NCBI RefSeq assembly: GCF_001194135.2
Contig: NC_068981.1
Coordinates: 62,870,193 to 62,934,192 of the forward strand
DNA from: Octopus bimaculoides
Taxonomy: Eukaryota
DNA: 64,000 bases
Direction of reading: 5' to 3'
Of the stretch, positions 62,301-64,000 are shown one piece after another (positions within the stretch are counted from its first letter, which is position 1; each line of letters opens with the position of its first letter). A program made the translations under genes and the position numbers. A model generated the notes under the pieces. It ran no database searches, was not told the origin of the DNA, and saw nothing but the letters and a program-made list of their open reading frames with translations.

Positions 62301-63101
62301 TAATTTGTCCTCCAATTTAATTCCTTATTAAATATCGCTGGGTCTGTGAATGTCAGAATATGTTGAGTGACAGACAAAATGTCTTTGGATATTTGGTTGT
62401 TCAGAGTTCGTATTCTTCGAGAGTCGATAACATAGAATTTGCCTTTCAGAGAAGAATACAGTCAACTGGATAAATTTCAATACACAACTGATAATTTTAG
62501 ATTCATTTACTTATTATATTTGTCAAAGAAACATACTGGAGTTGTTGTTGTTGTTGTTACTGTTGTTATGTTACTTTCGAATGTTGCCACAAGGTCAGCA
62601 ATTTCGGGGGAAGGGGTTTAGTCGATTACATCGTCCTCAGTATTCAACTGGTACTTATTTTATAGAATCCGAAAGGATGACCTCGGCGAAATTTGAACTC
62701 AGAACGTAAAAGCGGACAAAACGTCGTTAAGCATTTTGCCCAGCATCCTAACGATTCTGCCAGCTCGTTGCTTTTGTTACTGTTGTTATCTTTGTTAACA
62801 TTGTTGTTGTTGGTATAAAACTGTCTGTTTGTAAATCGTTCTAGGCATCGTGGATCTCATCGTGCTTCCAGAGGGAGCCTGTTCGGTAACGATCACGGAA
62901 AGGTCTGTAACAAAGAATGCTTTAGCCATTGCAAATGTTGCTCGAACTTACCAATTTAACTACCGAGGAAATATCGAAGAAGGAAAACACGTTCTCAACG
63001 GTCAACCGATCAGTTACAAAAAGACACGGGGTTACAATATCTACAAGACAATGGATTCTATAAAGATAGACGGTCCTTTGAAGGAAAGCATTAAGGTGCA
63101 G
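14568..63101 (+). CDS. ADAMTS-family metalloprotease (a disintegrin and metalloproteinase with thrombospondin motifs), 16 coding exons in window, 3'-incomplete
   Basis: Join 14568-14655, 18418-18764, 25547-25718, 28002-28177, 30132-30215, 33872-34022, 35785-35890, 40913-41053, 42164-42314, 45680-45805, 49877-50052, 50554-50617, 55383-55494, 60716-60846, 61630-61753, 62845-63101. All introns are GT..AG and phases match (2406 nt, 802 aa, no stop). Domain order is typical of ADAMTS: prodomain, RTRR furin site, HExxHxxGxxHD, Met-turn, disintegrin-like, TSR1, Cys-rich, spacer. Orthology to a numbered ADAMTS cannot be assigned by eye. Confidence 0.93.
16510..17560 (+). mobile_element. Degenerate mariner (DD34D, Mos1/SETMAR-like) transposase
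   Basis: HTH (LLYEF.KG.NA), GQWVLHKL, MTGDEKW, QQDNA..H and HSPYSPDIVPSDYHLF motifs across three frames with stops and frameshifts. Confidence 0.92.
17880..17985. mobile_element. Right terminus of a hAT-Charlie-like MITE
   Basis: ggttgagaacctttg resembles the reverse complement of the CAGTGGTTCTCAACC TIR and is followed by ctctagaa (nTCTAGAn-type target); left end not found. Confidence 0.4.
18418..18764 (+). CDS. ADAMTS exon 2 (prodomain)
   Basis: ttttcag acceptor; DYEAAYAVAF...RACFYRGSLIGEDDSYAAMSICGGL matches the M12B propeptide pattern (C.Y.G....S.AA.S.C.GL); GTAAGT donor. Confidence 0.93.
18990..19085 (+). repeat. (GTT/GGT)n trinucleotide microsatellite
   Basis: gttgttgct...gttgttgttggtgttggt...ggtggtggt; source of the poly-T/Q/N ORFs. 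Confidence 0.9.
19242..19377 (+). repeat. 27-bp minisatellite, 5 copies
   Basis: Unit ttaatatgtattaaatctctgttgcat, with few substitutions. Confidence 0.92.
21822..22165. mobile_element. ~345-bp MITE with ~65-bp imperfect TIRs
   Basis: aaatttaaataagcagaaaatggagaaaacttttggtcaacaaaacaaacaaattgaccaacatcg pairs with the reverse complement of 22100-22165; abuts (TA)n. Confidence 0.75.
25547..25718 (+). CDS. ADAMTS exon 3 (prodomain)
   Basis: ttgcag acceptor; SGIIQTSLGDFIIQPYP (the G.I.T....Y.IEP motif that follows CGGL); GTAAG donor, phase 1. Confidence 0.9.
26530..27675 (+). mobile_element. 5'-truncated RTE-clade LINE (PHD finger, RT C-terminus, 3' UTR, (GAT)n tail), spanning an N-gap
   Basis: WPCSVC...CTRC..WTHKRC...CGRC, then LEVVDSFRYLGDQVSSGGGC..SVAARIRIAWAKFREL; 3' end ...ggacgttaaacgac(GAT)n. 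Confidence 0.88.
28002..28177 (+). CDS. ADAMTS exon 4 (furin site and start of catalytic domain)
   Basis: DFHHKHQHHKRRTRRSSGRPYYNPNRRYTVELFVVVD...FVLNLFNM; polypyrimidine-tttag acceptor; GTAAGT donor. Confidence 0.92.
30132..30215 (+). CDS. ADAMTS exon 5 (catalytic domain)
   Basis: ttttccag acceptor; VGMYYAQKSLGIQVHIAVTDILFMRRNE (SLG..I.I.V motif); GAG|GTAAG donor. Confidence 0.88.
31545..31840 (-). mobile_element. hAT (Charlie/Buster-type) transposase C-terminal dimerisation-domain fragment
   Basis: EIRNDRELRLQH...LKAI / LPFSTAYHCEAGF / SAMNMIKNKYRSQLQTLEENFRKCMS over two frameshifts. Confidence 0.72.
32150..32870 (+). mobile_element. Old LINE 5' region (tentative)
   Basis: GC-richer island resembling a LINE 5' UTR followed by decayed coding-like sequence; no intact motif. 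Confidence 0.25.
33872..34022 (+). CDS. ADAMTS exon 6 (catalytic domain)
   Basis: PEIIYRKGPGYTLNNFCRW...FDHAVLLTGQKMCPGTHCNSV (TL..FC.W and D.A.LLT...C motifs). Confidence 0.92.
34865..35080 (-). mobile_element. tRNA-derived SINE with conserved central block
   Basis: Minus strand B-box GGTTTCGACTCC, then gcgacagactggcatccctttcagggg...gctatggaaaccgg, resembling a MetaSINE-type central domain as I recall it. Confidence 0.75.
35785..35890 (+). CDS. ADAMTS exon 7 (first half of zinc-binding motif)
   Basis: GYGRIGDMCMERSSCSLVRLRGLHSALIAAHEIGH; AG|GTGAG donor, phase 2. Confidence 0.95.
36130..36993 (+). mobile_element. Internally deleted maT (DD37D) Tc1/mariner element
   Basis: Imperfect TIRs CAGGGTGCGATGGGTAAATTGTC / CAGGTTGCGGTGAATATATTGTC with TA TSDs. 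QQDSAPCH...WPPNSPDCNPL(H)YY has 37 residues between D2 and the (mutated) D3. Confidence 0.9.
37694..37805 (-). mobile_element. ~110-bp R4/Dong-derived module, copy 1
   Basis: About 85-90% similar by eye to 38832-38950 and 41494-41598. Confidence 0.75.
37892..38640 (+). mobile_element. Merlin/IS1595-like (ISXO2-domain) DNA transposon remnant
   Basis: GIERISKRRFVVPL...ATLLPLIQKCIKPGSVIYSD...Y.....INHKENLVD, frameshift, then HTQNIERFWRDLK...YLHQYLARYLF. Imperfect ~62-bp inverted ends 37892-37953 / 38578-38640. Confidence 0.85.
38641..38950 (-). mobile_element. R4/Dong-type LINE fragment (restriction-like endonuclease domain)
   Basis: ARNLEIKLNSDIRIMTWDREEELSTVVEIICPADVNIKLKINEKENTYAELL...FRFIPVIIGALGY (VE..CP.D.N....EK..Y motif). 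Confidence 0.8.
39055..40289 (-). mobile_element. Near full-length degenerate maT-type Tc1/mariner element
   Basis: TIRs CAGGGTATACCAGCTATTTGAGAACAAAA / CAAGGTGCATCAGCAATTTGAGAACAAAA with TA TSDs; N-terminal KRYAVIV..EI..L.IARSFVFKI and C-terminal LPPSSPDL..LDYYVW...IEAVIETDG. Confidence 0.88.
40913..41053 (+). CDS. ADAMTS exon 8 (second half of zinc motif and Met-turn)
   Basis: SFGLEHDHPLVNGCNPVEETIMKPQITKHTEHYVWSHCSRDSLHKFL. Confidence 0.95.
41494..41598 (-). mobile_element. ~105-bp R4/Dong-derived module, copy 3
   Basis: tatgtcattattcagtttatttcaaaattccttgccaatagagaaccgg...caacatcaacaacagggtat. Confidence 0.75.
42164..42314 (+). CDS. ADAMTS exon 9 (end of catalytic domain, disintegrin-like start)
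   Basis: RSKDSFCLLK...LPGENYEADMQCKLRHG (LPG..Y.AD.QC motif). Confidence 0.93.
44934..45585 (+). mobile_element. Three head-to-tail copies of the 210-bp SINE
   Basis: Copies at ~44934-45125, 45172-45365 and 45375-45585; the first two follow (ATT)n tracts. Confidence 0.85.
45680..45805 (+). CDS. ADAMTS exon 10 (disintegrin-like domain)
   Basis: DLCSQLWCVKDNQPCNSGLFPAAAGTPCGRS(VFDKSRGSPQL). 3' end placed at TTG|GTAAAT; a weaker in-phase donor exists after 45772. Confidence 0.85.
45873..46145 (+). mobile_element. tRNA-derived SINE
   Basis: Head with B-box AGTTCGATTCC; 3' body shared with 3005-3360. Confidence 0.8.
47449..48138 (-). mobile_element. Internally deleted mariner, same family as 16510-17560
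   Basis: atggaagtgacacaagagaatattcggcatattttgctttatgag aligns with ~16557-16600. Deletion joins ...atcggaaaa to ...ctttggtttcaaga. One TIR ctcggtcatcccataaataatgcggtttt at ~47450. Confidence 0.88.
48140..48720 (-). mobile_element. N-terminal fragment of a gag-like ORF1 related to 52966-54024
   Basis: KFGTVEV*FKD...PIYRGRRAIRVNVEGIPP aligns with KYETVKVYFKT...PVYCGRRAARVRIGRLPL; SFAEVAK motif upstream. Confidence 0.7.
49100..49790 (-). mobile_element. C-terminal fragment of a related gag-like ORF1 (acidic/basic linker plus C-terminal block)
   Basis: E/K/R-rich linker, then LERKITKIKGIIRVNL, similar to LETEKTIAKIKGLVRLKL at ~54060-54110. Confidence 0.5.
49877..50052 (+). CDS. ADAMTS exon 11 (disintegrin-like end and TSR1)
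   Basis: WCLDYKCVP...INGYWENWSAWSGCPTECGGGIRMRTRLC; GTAAGT donor. Confidence 0.95.
50554..50617 (+). CDS. ADAMTS exon 12 (TSR1 C-terminal part)
   Basis: QHQIGKPRCNGPSVEQGVCNLN; phase 2 in and phase 0 out; GTAAGT donor. Confidence 0.88.
52950..54475 (+). mobile_element. Gag-like ORF1 retroelement (L1/Tx1-type ORF1 with CCHC knuckle) lacking ORF2
   Basis: 352-aa ORF 52966-54024 with SCAAAAS N-terminus, CYKCRSRGHMQAVC knuckle (53611-53652) and acidic tail; short degenerate continuation, then a 3'UTR-like segment with AATAAA at 54467. Confidence 0.8.
55383..55494 (+). CDS. ADAMTS exon 13 (Cys-rich domain start)
   Basis: KCRPGVPDPREKQCRSFNGKVYMGARWLWSAYREFSF (R..QC..FN motif). Donor G|GTTGGT chosen to satisfy phase 1; an alternative phase-1 donor lies after 55488. 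Confidence 0.83.
57316..57442. mobile_element. 127-bp Tc1/mariner-derived MITE
   Basis: 27-bp TIRs CAGGGTGTCCACAAAGT(T/C)TGGGTACAT with one mismatch; TA TSD on both sides. Confidence 0.92.
59400..60230 (-). mobile_element. Decayed Penelope-like RT fragment (tentative)
   Basis: Minus strand ...FRKKLFKRGYP... (RGYP thumb motif) amid stops. Confidence 0.3.
60716..60846 (+). CDS. ADAMTS exon 14 (Cys-rich domain)
   Basis: GKKQCMLYCVNN...VDDGTLCNAISNDVCIKGVCT; GTAAGT donor. Confidence 0.94.
61285..61455 (+). mobile_element. Penelope-associated terminal repeat remnant with hammerhead-like core
   Basis: CTGTGGA-A-GAGC-GTAC-GCTC-GAAAC-GT at 61334-61360; shares ttaaactaataca with 2400-2530. Confidence 0.5.
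61630..61753 (+). CDS. ADAMTS exon 15 (Cys-rich domain end)
   Basis: [47 protein letters not shown] donor. Confidence 0.95.
62845..63101 (+). CDS. ADAMTS exon 16 (spacer domain)
   Basis: GIVDLIVLPEGACSVTITE...NALAI...IDGPLKESIKVQ (IP.GA..I, LA, and GP..E.I.VQ spacer motifs); CAG|GTTAGT donor. Confidence 0.92.
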
Positions 63102-63744
63102 GTTAGTAAGTACCTGGCGTAAATTACGGCCAACCTTTTACATTGTAAGACTTTCTGTTAGTGCACTATATAACAACGGTGGCCAAATTATGACTGGTGT
63201 GTCGCCTGCAGCACTCGAAGCAACTATGCTATATTCCTAAGCAGGGTTGGACATCTGAGATATATTTCCTCTAAAACACTATACCCTAAAGATACTGGAA
63301 TGAAGGAAACTTATGCATACATTTTATGTAGCTACATATACACGCACGCATGCACACATACACGCACACAGTATATATATATATATATATATATATGACC
63401 ACAATTGGTTCCGTCTGACTGGTTGTAAGGCCTATACATAACTTTGTTTTATATTTTTACATTCTTAAGGTACATTCTCAAGTGAAAGTCACACACAGCA
63501 TTCTGGATTGTACTATTATACTGGCGTTTGTCAAAAATTTCGGTGTTTCAAGCAATCGTCTTAGAAACAAATACAAGGTTGTCTCGATGTCTCCGCAACG
63601 GGATATTCATCCAACACTTGGAATAACCACAGCGGCGATCGATAACCAAACTTAGGGGAAACGTTTGTTAGCTGACATCATTCGTAAATTAAACCCATTA
63701 GATTTCGACACGACTATATATTATTGCTGCCGGGCGCTGGTGCA

Positions 63745-63806
63745 CCAATCGTCGTAAAGTCGATCGGTCGTAAGTCGGATAGGTCGTAAGTCGACGACGA
63801 CCTGTA
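63745..63806. mobile_element. Right terminus of a pogo/Tigger-like element
   Basis: Reverse complement TA-CAGGTCGTCGTCGACTTACGACC with repeated GTCGTAAGTCG subterminal motifs; left end not found. Confidence 0.5.
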
Positions 63807-64000
63807 TATATTCATGCAGCTGGGTAGACGGGAACAACCAGAAATGAAGTGCGTTGTACAAAAACACAACGTGCTGCCCGGTCCAAGGGCTGAACACACT
63901 ATTTTATGAGCCTAACCACGACATGCATTACATACTATATGTAACAAAACCTTAAACATAGATATAGTAACTAATTACAATTAGTTATCTTTTACTTGTT

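Overview
AT-rich, microsatellite-dense animal genomic DNA with seven N-gaps. The repeat content looks like an octopus genome (inference from recalled repeat motifs, not a search result). One protein-coding gene dominates the window: a + strand ADAMTS-family secreted metalloprotease. I reconstructed 16 GT-AG exons from 14568 to 63101, 2406 nt or about 802 aa, with consistent splice phases. Domains in order: putative signal peptide, prodomain, furin site, M12B catalytic domain (HEIGHSFGLEHD plus Met-turn), disintegrin-like domain, TSR1, Cys-rich domain and the start of the spacer. The gene runs off the 3' end of the window. Introns and the upstream region are packed with decayed mobile elements: mariner, maT, Merlin/IS1595-like, hAT and pogo pieces, several MITEs, RTE, Tx1/L1, R4/Dong and Penelope-like retroelements, and several tRNA-derived SINE families. 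The most notable observations are a Merlin-like MITE carrying telomeric (TTAGGG)n, an apparently ORF1-only gag-knuckle retroelement with relatives nearby, an R4/Dong-derived ~110-bp module with shared breakpoints, decayed hammerhead-like motifs, and several departures of this ADAMTS from family consensus. I found no prokaryote-type system, CRISPR array, rRNA or true tRNA gene.
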